Shown: piece after piece, positions 1 through 8,990 of the stretch
How positions within the stretch are numbered: position 1 is the first letter of the stretch
Layout: every line of letters starts with the position of its first letter
From: Psychrobacter sp. DM4
GTDB lineage: Bacteria > Pseudomonadota > Gammaproteobacteria > Pseudomonadales > Moraxellaceae
Reading direction: 5' to 3'
DNA: 32,000 bases
Assembly (NCBI RefSeq): GCF_051307035.1
Contig: NZ_CP195536.1
Location: forward strand, 930,001 to 962,000
Program-made: the position numbers and the translations under genes
The notes under the pieces: model-generated
Database searches by the model: none
What the model was told of the DNA's origin: nothing
What the model saw: only the letters and a program-made list of their open reading frames with translations

Positions 1-384
1 CCTACTGCCAATTCGGCGTCAAACTATGGGTATCCTAGTCCCAATCAAGTGATACGTAATTTTGATGCACAAGCGGGTAATATGGGGATGTGGTTTGCAG
101 GTCAAGAAGGTGATCCAGTGATCGCAAGCCAGGCAGGTACGGTACTATACTCCGGTAATGGACTGCCTGAATATGGCAATTTGATTATGATTCGTCATAG
201 TGATAACTATATAACGGCGTATGCGCATAACAGCCAGCTTCTGGTAAAAGAAGGCGATCAAGTGCAGCGCGCGCAGCGTATTGCTAACATGGGCCGCAGC
301 GGTCAAACCGATCAGGTGGCCTTAGAGTTCCAAGTACGTCTAAATGGTAACCCTATCGATCCACGTGCGGTATTAGCGCGCTAA
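1..384 (+). CDS. nlpD: C-terminal part of an NlpD-like LytM (M23-fold) domain protein; the 5' end lies outside the window
   Basis: Frame 1 is open from base 1, with no stop before the listed Met at 49. GNLIMIRHSDNYITAYAHNSQLLVKEGDQVQRAQRIANMGRSG...LEFQVRLNGNPIDP aligns by eye with the C-terminal LytM domain of E. coli NlpD (GNLIIIKHNDDYLSAYAHN...LHFEIRYKGKSVNP). Confidence 0.8.
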   Translation, partial: PTANSASNYGYPSPNQVIRNFDAQAGNMGMWFAGQEGDPVIASQAGTVLYSGNGLPEYGNLIMIRHSDNYITAYAHNSQLLVKEGDQVQRAQRIANMGRSGQTDQVALEFQVRLNGNPIDPRAVLAR

Positions 385-421
385 TGGCATGCTCTAACAT
401 TCACGATATTTGAGAATTTTT

Positions 422-1732
422 ATGATAGTAAAAAAACAATATGCTGCTTTGCTCCCCGCGCTTTTCTTTATTGGCTGTACAAGCCAGCAAGCCATGCAAC
501 AGCCCAGTAATTCGGTACCGGTACGTCAAGGTAATGTCGATATCACCCAGACGCAAACCATTCAAATAAAACCCGCTCCAGTTGTTGTGACGCCAGCGCC
601 GCAGCCTGTTAAACCTAGCTATCGAAGCTTTTCAGATTGGAAGTCGGACTTTTCTATGCGGGCCATGTCATCAGGCTACAACAGTTATGATGTGCAGCGT
701 TTGCTAGCTTCTGCCAATTTAAATCAGCAAGTCATCTCCTTGGATTCAGGGCAGCCTGAGTTCTCAAAGATGCCATGGGAATACGTTGATTCTGCGGTAT
801 CAGATGGCAGGGTAAGCACAGGTAAACGTAAGTACTCTGAGCAGCGTTCGTTTCTGTCACAGTTAGAGTCCAGATATGGCGTGAATGCTGAGATTATCGC
901 CGCTATCTGGGGCATGGAGTCCTCATATGGTGTGGTTACAGGTAACAGCTATATCCCAAGCTCGCTTGCCAGCCTAGCTTACGATGGTCGCCGTCAGGAA
1001 TTCGCTGAAAATCAATTATTGGCCTTGATGACCCTGCTACAACGCGGTGATGTGTCTTGGTCGCAGCTCGATGGCTCTTGGGCCGGCGGCATGGGGCAGA
1101 CGCAATTTATCCCTGATACGTGGCTCAAGCATGGTGTGGATGGTGATAATAATGGTAGTCGTAATCCTTGGGCGACAGGGGATGCATTAGCCTCTACGGC
1201 CAACTATCTAAACAGTTCAGGCTGGGTACGTGGTCTTGCGCCCTTTTATGAGGCGACAATACCAGCTGCATTTGATTACTCTTTGGTAGGGACTAAGCAA
1301 TCAGCGGCTAGATGGGCGTCGTTAGGGATTGATACCTTAGATGATGTGGCTTTGGATGCCAATACTCAGATGGAGTTATGGCTTCCTGCGGGCAAAGATG
1401 GTCCTACGCTGCTACTGAGTCCTAACTTTGACGTTATCAAGGTCTATAATAATTCGTCAAGCTACGCACTTGGCGTAAGCTTGCTTGGCAAATCACTCGC
1501 AGGACAAGGCGGCCTACAAAAATCATGGCCTCGCTATGAGCGTCCATTATCTACAGTACAAGTGACCAATTTGCAACGTCGTTTGACCAGCTCAGGTTAT
1601 GATACTAAGGGTACTGATGGTATCGTTGGTACCAATACCCGTAACGCCTTCCAGCGCTGGCAGGCAGCCAACGGTCAGACGCCAGACGGTTTTATTACGC
1701 AGCGCAGTGCCTCTTCGTTAGCGTCATGGTGA
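422..1732 (+). CDS. Lytic murein transglycosylase lipoprotein (MltB/SLT_2-like) with a C-terminal peptidoglycan-binding domain
   Basis: The ATG at 422 gives MIVKKQYAALLPALFFIGC, a signal peptide with a lipobox. The track's TTG at 410 is an alternative start. AIWGMESSYG is the catalytic-Glu motif typical of this family. The C-terminal LQRRLTSSGYDTKGTDGIVGTNTRNAFQRWQAANGQTPDGFIT resembles PG_binding_1. Confidence 0.85.
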   Translation: MIVKKQYAALLPALFFIGCTSQQAMQQPSNSVPVRQGNVDITQTQTIQIKPAPVVVTPAPQPVKPSYRSFSDWKSDFSMRAMSSGYNSYDVQRLLASANLNQQVISLDSGQPEFSKMPWEYVDSAVSDGRVSTGKRKYSEQRSFLSQLESRYGVNAEIIAAIWGMESSYGVVTGNSYIPSSLASLAYDGRRQEFAENQLLALMTLLQRGDVSWSQLDGSWAGGMGQTQFIPDTWLKHGVDGDNNGSRNPWATGDALASTANYLNSSGWVRGLAPFYEATIPAAFDYSLVGTKQSAARWASLGIDTLDDVALDANTQMELWLPAGKDGPTLLLSPNFDVIKVYNNSSSYALGVSLLGKSLAGQGGLQKSWPRYERPLSTVQVTNLQRRLTSSGYDTKGTDGIVGTNTRNAFQRWQAANGQTPDGFITQRSASSLASW

Positions 1733-1856
1733 AGCGATCTGCTCACGCCATTTTTTATTAGCACCTACTGGCGGCGTCAGCAAACAGACTTTTAGGGACA
1801 AAGACCTTTGGGTAAATGCCTTTTGGGAACTATTACACTATTTTGATAGGTAAAAT

Positions 1857-2393
1857 ATGAACCAAGCTCAACCTACCGCGACTTATGTCAATAAATGGTC
1901 TGCGATTAGTCGCCTTTTTCATTGGGTCAGCGCCTTGCTACTGCTCGTCACTTGGATCATGATTTTCACTTATGAGAATACCGATGATTCATTTTATATA
2001 GGCCTTCATAAAGCCTTTGGTATTAGCTTGCTGCTATGGATGATAGCGCGAGTTATTAGTCGCGTATTTATCAAGGCGCCGCCGCCTGTTCCTATGCCTA
2101 AGTGGCAACAGATGATATCTAAGCTAAGTCATTTTGCGCTCTATGCCTTATTGATCGCGATGCCTACGGCAGGACTGCTTATGTCCGTGTATGGCGGGCG
2201 GGCAGTGAGTATGTTTGGCTTGTTTGAGATTCCAGTGTTTGTGACGCCGGATCGCGGTCTGGCACGTCTCTTTAATGATGTACATACCGATATTATTTGG
2301 AACTTAATTTTGGTATTTACCGCTTTGCATATTGCAGCGGCGCTCTATCATCAGTTCATAAAAAAAGACAAGCTCATTAACCGTATGATGTAA
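1857..2393 (+). CDS. Cytochrome b561 family membrane protein (CybB-like)
   Basis: 178 aa with four hydrophobic helices. Conserved His residues occur in RLFHWVSALLL, GLHKAFG, LSHFALY and ALHIAAALYH, as in CybB-type di-haem cytochromes. Confidence 0.8.
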   Translation: MNQAQPTATYVNKWSAISRLFHWVSALLLLVTWIMIFTYENTDDSFYIGLHKAFGISLLLWMIARVISRVFIKAPPPVPMPKWQQMISKLSHFALYALLIAMPTAGLLMSVYGGRAVSMFGLFEIPVFVTPDRGLARLFNDVHTDIIWNLILVFTALHIAAALYHQFIKKDKLINRMM

Positions 2394-2479
2394 CTGATTA
2401 CTATAGAATACATAAATTGTTAATACTGATTGGGCTTAGAGCAAATAAGCCAATAAAATAATATTGGAGGGTAATCAAT

Positions 2480-2767
2480 ATGGCAATATATGTAGATTTT
2501 GTCTGTATAGAATTTAAAGGTTACAGATGGTGTCATATGCTAGCAGATACTCTACAAGAGTTGCATGATTTTGCCGCACTGATTGAAGTGGATAAGCGCC
2601 TATTTCACCGTAATGCCAGTTATCCGCATTATGATGTCACTGTACAAATGCGAGAGACAGCGATTGAGTATGGTGCCATTGCTGCCGATAGAAAAAAGAT
2701 AATCGAATGCGCAAAGAAGCTTAAGGTGGAGTTACACGAGCAAGTAGCACAATCTGAAAACTACTAA
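2480..2767 (+). CDS. DUF4031 domain protein
   Basis: A GGAGG sequence lies 9 nt upstream of the ATG. GYRWCHMLADTLQELHDFAALIEVDKRLFHRNASYPHYDV matches my memory of the DUF4031 signature (WCHLxAD...HYD). Confidence 0.7.
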   Translation: MAIYVDFVCIEFKGYRWCHMLADTLQELHDFAALIEVDKRLFHRNASYPHYDVTVQMRETAIEYGAIAADRKKIIECAKKLKVELHEQVAQSENY

Positions 2768-2790
2768 TAAGTTAATTTTCTAAAAATTTA

Positions 2791-2826
2791 AAAAAGGTGG
2801 GATATGCTGTTGCTACCCACCTTTTT
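2791..2826. terminator. Bidirectional rho-independent terminator between convergent genes
   Basis: AAAAA-GGTGGG, a 14-nt loop, then CCCACC-TTTTT. An A-run and a T-run flank the stem, so it can terminate both strands. Confidence 0.75.
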
Positions 2827-2865
2827 ATTGCTTCAAATTCGACTGTTTTAAATTTCTACTGATAG

Positions 2866-3384
2866 CTACTTTGCGGTAGCGGCTCTACTGATACCATCAA
2901 GGGCTTTTGCGATGTTCACTAACTGGGTATCACACTCTTTTATATTGTGACGGTCTTTTAAATAATCAGGATTATTATAGGACAACCATACTCTCTGCTG
3001 CGCGTCTTCACTCATTAAGATTTTTTGCGGTAAGTCGATGGCGACACTTTGCTCGCATTGCATCAGGGGCGTACCCGCTTTCGGATTACCAAACACAATA
3101 ACTTGTGTGGGTCGTAGTGCTAAGCCTACACCTTGCGCATTTTTTTGATGATCGATGCGAGCAAATACTGTCATGCCTTTGCTTTCAATAAGTGCTGCTA
3201 GTTTATCAGCGGTGTCTTGGACGGAATGATTACTTTGCATTGTGATCAAACCTTTTTCGGCATTGATAGCAGTCATCGTTTTTGGTGTTGATTGCATGTT
3301 GTCCGGCGCATTCAATATATTTTCAACACTAGCGCAAGCGGACAAAGCTAAAGCTAGGGCCGCGATAGAGAGAGTCTTGATCAT
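2866..3384 (-). CDS. DUF302 domain lipoprotein
   Basis: MIKTLSIAALALALSAC provides a lipobox. TVFARIDHQKNAQGVGLALRPTQVIVFGNPKAGTPLMQ...AIDLPQKILM is typical of DUF302. Confidence 0.75.
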   Translation of the reverse strand: MIKTLSIAALALALSACASVENILNAPDNMQSTPKTMTAINAEKGLITMQSNHSVQDTADKLAALIESKGMTVFARIDHQKNAQGVGLALRPTQVIVFGNPKAGTPLMQCEQSVAIDLPQKILMSEDAQQRVWLSYNNPDYLKDRHNIKECDTQLVNIAKALDGISRAATAK

Positions 3385-3590
3385 AAAAAAGTCCTTTTAA
3401 TGATTAAAGTTGTGGCGAATGTGCTCTCACTGTTATGCATAAGACGCGTTATGATTGAAACATATTCAAAACTAATTAGCTACTATGCCAGCTGATGAAG
3501 AAGGTAAGAGTACTCGTACGGTGGTTCATTTTTATGAATTAATCTTAAACACACAGGTGATGAGTCTAGTTTTATAAAATTGAAAAGCTA

Positions 3591-3629
3591 AAATGCCGCC
3601 TCTATTGGGAAGATTGGGAAGCGGCATTT
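3591..3629 (-). terminator. Probable terminator downstream of the DsbA-like gene
   Basis: AAATGCCGC (3591-3599) pairs with GCGGCATTT (3621-3629). On the minus strand the stem is followed by AGCTTTTCAATTTT. The loop contains a tandem ATTGGGAAG x2. Confidence 0.55.
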
Positions 3630-3660
3630 TAGTAGGGGTTACTATAAGACGGTTATCAGT

Positions 3661-4323
3661 TTAATCTGGCATATCGGCCAATTGCTTTATAATACTCGTA
3701 AAATTTTCCTCGCCTTGTGCGCCACTGACCAGATGTCGCTCATTGAATATGACCGCAGGAACACTTTGGATACCTTGCTGCTGCCAATGTTGTTCAGCCT
3801 GTCGTACTTCTTTGGCAAAACGCTGGTCTTCTAATACAGCTAGCGCTTCACTACGATCAAGCCCAATCTCTGCGGCGATATCAGCAAGCACGGTAATATC
3901 AGAGATGTTGCGACCGTCAGTGAAGTGAGCGGCGAACAAGGCCTGTTTTAACTCGTGCATATGTCCTTGTATCTCTGCCCAGTGCAATAGTTGATGCAAA
4001 TCAAACGTATTGTGCATACGGGTGTCGTCATCGAAGTTGAATTCAAAGCCAACGTCATGACCTGCCTGAGTCATCGCCTCTCGGCTAGCATCAGATTGCG
4101 CTTTGGTGGAGCCGTATTTTTCTATAATATGCTCACGCAAGTTCTGACCTTCGCTTGGCATATTAGGGTTGAGCTCAAACGGATGCCAGTGTATCTCGTG
4201 CTCGGTATTGGTTTGTTCAAGTGCTTTTGCCAGTTGTCGATAGCCAATAACGCACCAGGGACAGACGACGTCAGAGACGATGTCTATACGTAGCGGTTGA
4301 ACTTGAGTGTTTAAATTACTCAT
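3661..4323 (-). CDS. DsbA-family thiol oxidoreductase (FrnE / 2-hydroxychromene-2-carboxylate isomerase-like)
   Basis: IDIVSDVVCPWCVIGY contains a CPWC active site near the N-terminus. It is 220 aa, has no signal peptide, and ends with the C-terminal motif VPAVIFNERHLVSGAQ. Confidence 0.8.
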   Translation of the reverse strand: MSNLNTQVQPLRIDIVSDVVCPWCVIGYRQLAKALEQTNTEHEIHWHPFELNPNMPSEGQNLREHIIEKYGSTKAQSDASREAMTQAGHDVGFEFNFDDDTRMHNTFDLHQLLHWAEIQGHMHELKQALFAAHFTDGRNISDITVLADIAAEIGLDRSEALAVLEDQRFAKEVRQAEQHWQQQGIQSVPAVIFNERHLVSGAQGEENFTSIIKQLADMPD

Positions 4324-4536
4324 AATGATTTTCCAATGTTATGTTTATAAAGGTAAGTCGGTATCTTTATTCTATGGCGTTTGTTCTCATCAAAAACAAG
4401 ACGTTTTTTTTAACCATTAGTCAGCATGTAAACCTAAATAATTTCAAGTAATGTTTAATGTGCTAAGCATCCCCAAAGTACTCATAAACTTGGTAGACTC
4501 TAGACATACCTTACTTTTATTTAATCTTAGGGGCAG

Positions 4537-5400
4537 ATGATGATGACCGAACAGCATATTCTAGCTTGTATCGATGGCTCAGCAGTCACAGGGTCTATCA
4601 GTGACTATGCAGCGTGGTACGCTAGTCGCTTAAACCTACCGGTTGCACTGTTGAACGTGACTGAAGTACCAGCCTCCAAACGCCGCGACTTGTCTGGAGC
4701 AATAGGACTCGACAGTCGCCAAATTCTACTAGAAGAGTTGTCTCATTTAGATGAGCAGCGAGCGCGAGTTGTCAATAGTTATAGTAATGCGCTGGTGCAA
4801 GATGCCAAAAGCCATATACAAAGCAATTTTGGTGTTAAGGTCAAAGTTTATCAGCGCCGTGGTAAATTACTAGCTGCTATTGAACATTTCAAAGAAGACA
4901 ATCGCGCTATCGTCATGGGACGACGCGGAGAGGACCACAAAAACGCTCGTATCAATATCGGTAGCCAGATAGAGACAGTGGCACGCGCTTCCAGCATACC
5001 GATTTTAATTTGTTCAGAAGTGTACAAAGAACCCACTTCTTACATGGTTGCTTTTGATGCGAGCAAAACGGCTATCAAAGCGGTCAGTCTAGTCGCCAAA
5101 AGTGAGCTGTTGAAAGGCTTGCTTGGGCATATTGTGATGATTGGTCACAACAATGATGAAGCAAAAGAGAGCTTAGTAGCGGCCGCCGAGCTACTGAACC
5201 AAGCTGGATTTGAGGTTGACACGCATCATTTACCAGAGACGGATGCGGTTAATGGTCTGCTCACCTTTCAAACTCAAAACAACATCGATGTCATTGTTAT
5301 TGGCGCTTATGGACGATCTAAGTGGCAACAGCTGTTTCTAGGGAGTACAACGACAGAGATTATCGCTAGTACTGTATCACCTGTAATTTTGGTGCGTTGA
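4537..5400 (+). CDS. Tandem universal stress protein (two Usp domains)
   Basis: 287 aa with two halves, each ending in a Usp-like G-x2-G-x9-G(S/T) region (VMGRRGEDHKNARINIGSQIETVARASSIPILI and VIGAYGRSKWQQLFLGSTTTEIIASTVSPVILV). Confidence 0.8.
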   Translation: MMMTEQHILACIDGSAVTGSISDYAAWYASRLNLPVALLNVTEVPASKRRDLSGAIGLDSRQILLEELSHLDEQRARVVNSYSNALVQDAKSHIQSNFGVKVKVYQRRGKLLAAIEHFKEDNRAIVMGRRGEDHKNARINIGSQIETVARASSIPILICSEVYKEPTSYMVAFDASKTAIKAVSLVAKSELLKGLLGHIVMIGHNNDEAKESLVAAAELLNQAGFEVDTHHLPETDAVNGLLTFQTQNNIDVIVIGAYGRSKWQQLFLGSTTTEIIASTVSPVILVR

Positions 5401-5486
5401 TAAAATAATTATTTATAAATGATGAGTAAGCACAAAAAATTAAAATTGAGCAGTATAGAACGATAACAATGATTAGGAGAGTGACA

Positions 5487-6458
5487 TTGGGCTTATTGGT
5501 TGATGGCAAGTGGCAAGACAAATGGTACGATACTGACGCTAGTGGGGGTCGCTTTCAACGTGAAGCGTCAGGTTTTAGGAACTGGGTCACAGTAGATGGT
5601 AGCGCAGGACCCACAGGTACAGGCGGCTTCAAAGCTGAGCCTAACCGTTATCATTTGTACGTCTCTTTGGCTTGTCCTTGGGCGCATCGTACGACTATTT
5701 ATCGTGCGCTCAAAGGGCTTGGTGACATGATATCATTATCTGTCGTACATCCCTTTATGGGCGATTGCGGTTGGACGTTCGCTGATGGCGTAGGGGTCAT
5801 CGCTGATCCTATTAATCATGCCAAGTATGCGTATGAGATCTACACCGCTGCTCAGGCGGACTATACAGGGCGGGTAACGGTTCCTATCTTATGGGATAAA
5901 AAAACCCATACTATCGTCAGTAACGAATCCTCTGAAATCATTCGCATGTTTAACTCAGCGTTTGATGAGGTGGGTGCATTGCTCGTTGATTTTTTGCCAG
6001 CTGACAAAATAGATGAGATTAACGAAGTCAACGCTTTAGTATATTCTACGGTCAATAATGGGGTGTACAAGTCGGGCTTTGCCACAACGCAAGAGGCCTA
6101 TGAAGAGGCAGTCGGAGCGCTGTTTGCAGCCTTGGATATAGTAGAGGCACGACTAGGAACTAGCCGTTATCTGATTGATGATAGCATCACTGAAGCCGAT
6201 TGGCGCTTGTTTACCACCCTTATACGTTTTGATGCCGTTTATTTCAATCATTTTAAATGCAATCAACGCCGAATCATCGATTATCCTAATTTATGGGGCT
6301 ATCTTAAAGATTTGTATCAAGTGCCGGGCGTCGCTCAAACGGTGAACGTGACTCATATCAAAGCGCACTATTATACAAGTCATGCCAATATCAATCCGAC
6401 AGGTATCATCCCTATTGGGCCTGAGCTTAATTTTAACGAGCCACATCATCGAGATTAG
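5487..6458 (+). CDS. yqjG: Glutathionyl-hydroquinone reductase (Xi-class GST, YqjG-like)
   Basis: YHLYVSLACPWAHRT carries the CPWA active site. The N-terminus GLLVDGKWQDKWYDTDASGGRFQREASGFRNW parallels E. coli YqjG (MGQLIDGVWHDTWYDTKSTGGKFQR). AGGAGA at 5475-5480 lies 6 nt upstream of the TTG at 5487, so I prefer that start over the track's ATG at 5469. Confidence 0.85.
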   Translation: MGLLVDGKWQDKWYDTDASGGRFQREASGFRNWVTVDGSAGPTGTGGFKAEPNRYHLYVSLACPWAHRTTIYRALKGLGDMISLSVVHPFMGDCGWTFADGVGVIADPINHAKYAYEIYTAAQADYTGRVTVPILWDKKTHTIVSNESSEIIRMFNSAFDEVGALLVDFLPADKIDEINEVNALVYSTVNNGVYKSGFATTQEAYEEAVGALFAALDIVEARLGTSRYLIDDSITEADWRLFTTLIRFDAVYFNHFKCNQRRIIDYPNLWGYLKDLYQVPGVAQTVNVTHIKAHYYTSHANINPTGIIPIGPELNFNEPHHRD

Positions 6459-6551
6459 TGTACATAAAAAAAGGGCTATCCAAATATATTATGGTCTGTG
6501 CAACAGACTCTAGATAGAATAATTCAAGAAATATAGGCAAACAGAAGCCAC

Positions 6552-6582
6552 AAAAAAACCTCAAACAATCTAATGTTTGAGG
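6552..6582 (-). terminator. Rho-independent terminator of the tRNA-Val/tRNA-Asp operon
   Basis: The minus strand reads CCTCAAACA-TTAGAT-TGTTTGAGG followed by TTTTTTT. Confidence 0.8.
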
Positions 6583-6613
6583 CGAAACTTGAGCAAAACT
6601 TAAGTTTTAAATA

Positions 6614-6690
6614 TGGCGCAGCGGACGGGACTCGAACCCGCGACCTCCGGCGTGACAGGCCGGCATTCTAACCAACTGAACTACCGCTGC
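6614..6690 (-). tRNA. tRNA-Asp (anticodon GTC)
   Basis: The reverse complement is GCAGCGGTAGTTCAGTTGGTTAGAATGCCGGCCTGTCACGCCGGAGGTCGCGGGTTCGAGTCCCGTCCGCTGCGCCA. It is 77 nt, folds as a cloverleaf, has the anticodon loop CTGTCAC, and is close to E. coli tRNA-Asp. Confidence 0.95.
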
Positions 6691-6726
6691 TAAGGTCATC
6701 TAGCTTTTTTACCACAAGCTATTAAG

Positions 6727-6802
6727 TGGTGGGTGATGACGGGCTCGAACCGCCGACATTCTGCGTGTAAGGCAGACGCTCTACCAACTGAGCTAATCAC
6801 CC
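6727..6802 (-). tRNA. tRNA-Val (anticodon TAC)
   Basis: The reverse complement is GGGTGATTAGCTCAGTTGGTAGAGCGTCTGCCTTACACGCAGAATGTCGGCGGTTCGAGCCCGTCATCACCCACCA. It is 76 nt, has the anticodon loop CTTACAC, and is close to E. coli tRNA-Val(UAC). Confidence 0.95.
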
Positions 6803-7041
6803 TGAGCGAGGATACAACGAAGCACTGCTTCGTCCGAGCGCAAGAGAATTTACATTGTCGTAAATTCTAAAAGCCATGCATCCAAACTAGGTGTTACTGA
6901 AATCCTTTAAATAGGATTTTCTAGAAACTCTACTTCCAAACTAGGTATAAAACCCCCGAAAGTCTTAACATCCAAAGTTGTCACCCTTTGAATAACTTCC
7001 CACAACTTAGAACCAATCAAAGCCCCTTGCTGTGGGTGTGT

Positions 7042-7069
7042 ATTATATAGACTTAACGAGGTCTGTCAA
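7042..7069 (-). promoter_or_regulatory. Near-consensus sigma70 promoter pointing toward tRNA-Val/Asp
   Basis: The minus strand reads TTGACA-16 nt-TATAAT, preceded by AT-rich AAAATAATATT (UP-like). The core CTATATAATA is also found at the tRNA-Leu promoter (31410-31437). Confidence 0.65.
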
Positions 7070-7172
7070 ATATTATTTTGCGCAATTTAGATAATCTTTA
7101 GAAATTTTGCATAACAGATTATAGGCTAAGACGGATCAGCAGAATTTAAATGCTATGAGTACAGGTCTGCTT

Positions 7173-7200
7173 TTGTACTACTAACAAAAATGATTATAAT
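7173..7200 (+). promoter_or_regulatory. Candidate sigma70 promoter of cls
   Basis: TTGTAC-16 nt-TATAAT, ending 57 nt upstream of the cls start codon. Confidence 0.5.
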
Positions 7201-7256
7201 GTCGCAGGTTATGTTTCTTTATATTTGATGACTTATATAGATAGATCTATACTGGA

Positions 7257-8897
7257 TTGACGGAGGTAGATATAGACGCTTTGGACATAGAGCAGCAATT
7301 TGCCACGTGGTCTTGGGGTGACTTTGCAGGACTTGGGTTATTACTACATATTATTCTTATGATAGTCATGACTTTGCGCATCGTATCGGTACAGCGTAAT
7401 ATTGGCGTGTCGATCGCGTGGATCGTTGTACTCTATACCTTGCCTGTGGTTGGATTGATCGCCTATATTTTGCTTGGTGAGCCGATGATCGGACGTCGCT
7501 ATCGTCAGCGTTTAGATCAGGCCCGTGGTCTTATGAACGATATGGCCAAGCGTGAACGTTTAATCTTTGATCAAGGTCAAGATTTGCTACCTACTCACTA
7601 CCGCGGTGTTAGTCAAATCGGGACACGTTGGACCGGCTTTGGGGTATTTGCCAAGCATCAAATGCAATTACTGACAGCGCCTCATTGTATCTTTGAGCGT
7701 TTAATCGCCGATATTGATAATGCGCGGCGTACTATTTTATTAGAGTTTTATATTATTTATCCAAAGGGTCAAGTGTTGGATGTGATACAAGCGCTGGCAT
7801 TAGCGGCAAAGCGCGGCGTTGAGTGCCATATATTGGCTGATAGCGTGGGGAGTTTTAGGTTCTTTAATAGTCCTGAGCATAAACTGCTTGAGCGAGCGGG
7901 CGTATTCGTGCATCAGTCGCTACCAGTTGGGCTATTCAAAACTTTGTTTGTGCGCTCTGATCTACGCAATCATCGTAAGGTGGTCGCGATCGATGAATAC
8001 ATCGGTTATATCGGTAGTTTCAATCTAGTGGATCCAAAATTCTTTAAGCAAGACAAAGGGGTTGGTCAGTGGATCGATATCATGATGCGCATTGTCAGCG
8101 AGCAGCCCGTCAACATTGCAACGGCTATGGCAAAGGTTGTCGTCACAGATATCGGCGCTGAAAATAAATACAACCTAGATGTGCTCGATCAGCGAGTGAA
8201 TAACTACACCCGTAAACTATATGTCATGTCGCCAACTATCAATGATATCAATAGCCGTATCAAAGTATTGGGAGCGAGCCTTGACCTTAGTGATGCTCCT
8301 GATACAGGGTCGACGTCCATTATCATCCCGCAGATGCCTGTCGTAGAGAATGTCACTGCGCAATTGATACCCTCAGCCCCACAAGTCACCGCCCATGTGA
8401 TTTACAATACCCTAGTAACTGTTATCCACCGCGCTAATAAACGTATCCAAATAACGACGCCGTATTTCGTCCCTGACGAGGCGCTATCAGGCGCGCTGGC
8501 GACAGCCGCTAAGCGCGGGGTAGAGGTCACTCTGATTATTCCCAAAAAGGTAGATTCGTTCTTGGTGCAACATGCCTCACAAGCTTACTACCAAGAATTG
8601 CTTGAGTCAGGAGTCAATATTGCCTTGTTTGAAGGCGGTTTGTTACATGCCAAAACAGTGGTCATCGATGATGACTACTGTCTATTTGGTACCGTAAATA
8701 TCGATATGCGTAGTTTTTATTTAAATATGGAGGTCAGTTTGGCGATTTACACTCCGCAAATGGTGGCGCAGGTTGCGAACTGTCAAGAGACTTATTTACA
8801 GGGCTGTCGCTTGTTGCCATTATCCGAATGGCAACGACGCTCAGGTCATAAGCGTTTATTCGACAATGTCGTACGCCTATTTAGTCCTTTATTGTAG
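7257..8897 (+). CDS. cls: Cardiolipin synthase (ClsA-type, two PLD/HKD domains)
   Basis: There are two N-terminal TM helices and two HKD motifs (NHRKVVAIDEYIGYIGSFNLVD and LHAKTVVIDDDYCLFGTVNIDMRS). The C-terminal RLFSPLL matches E. coli ClsA (FYFFSPLL). The TTG start at 7257 is uncertain. Confidence 0.9.
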   Translation: MTEVDIDALDIEQQFATWSWGDFAGLGLLLHIILMIVMTLRIVSVQRNIGVSIAWIVVLYTLPVVGLIAYILLGEPMIGRRYRQRLDQARGLMNDMAKRERLIFDQGQDLLPTHYRGVSQIGTRWTGFGVFAKHQMQLLTAPHCIFERLIADIDNARRTILLEFYIIYPKGQVLDVIQALALAAKRGVECHILADSVGSFRFFNSPEHKLLERAGVFVHQSLPVGLFKTLFVRSDLRNHRKVVAIDEYIGYIGSFNLVDPKFFKQDKGVGQWIDIMMRIVSEQPVNIATAMAKVVVTDIGAENKYNLDVLDQRVNNYTRKLYVMSPTINDINSRIKVLGASLDLSDAPDTGSTSIIIPQMPVVENVTAQLIPSAPQVTAHVIYNTLVTVIHRANKRIQITTPYFVPDEALSGALATAAKRGVEVTLIIPKKVDSFLVQHASQAYYQELLESGVNIALFEGGLLHAKTVVIDDDYCLFGTVNIDMRSFYLNMEVSLAIYTPQMVAQVANCQETYLQGCRLLPLSEWQRRSGHKRLFDNVVRLFSPLL

Positions 8898-8990
8898 TGG
8901 ATTGAGTTTTACGATAAGGTAGGCTGGTCGTTTATTTGAAAATTCTTATTTGCTTGTTATCACTTTACCTTTTAAGGAAATACCTGCGTA

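Noticed and set aside
3743-4293. Two plus-strand ORFs (61 and 100 codons) opposite the DsbA-like gene
   Set aside because: They are shadow ORFs within a gene that has a clear CPWC thioredoxin-fold signature on the other strand.
6494-6508. A hairpin, GTCTGT-GCA-ACAGAC, downstream of yqjG as a possible terminator
   Set aside because: The stem is 6 bp with no following T-run. The evidence is insufficient, and the region may instead rely on the nearby tRNA-operon terminator acting from the other strand.
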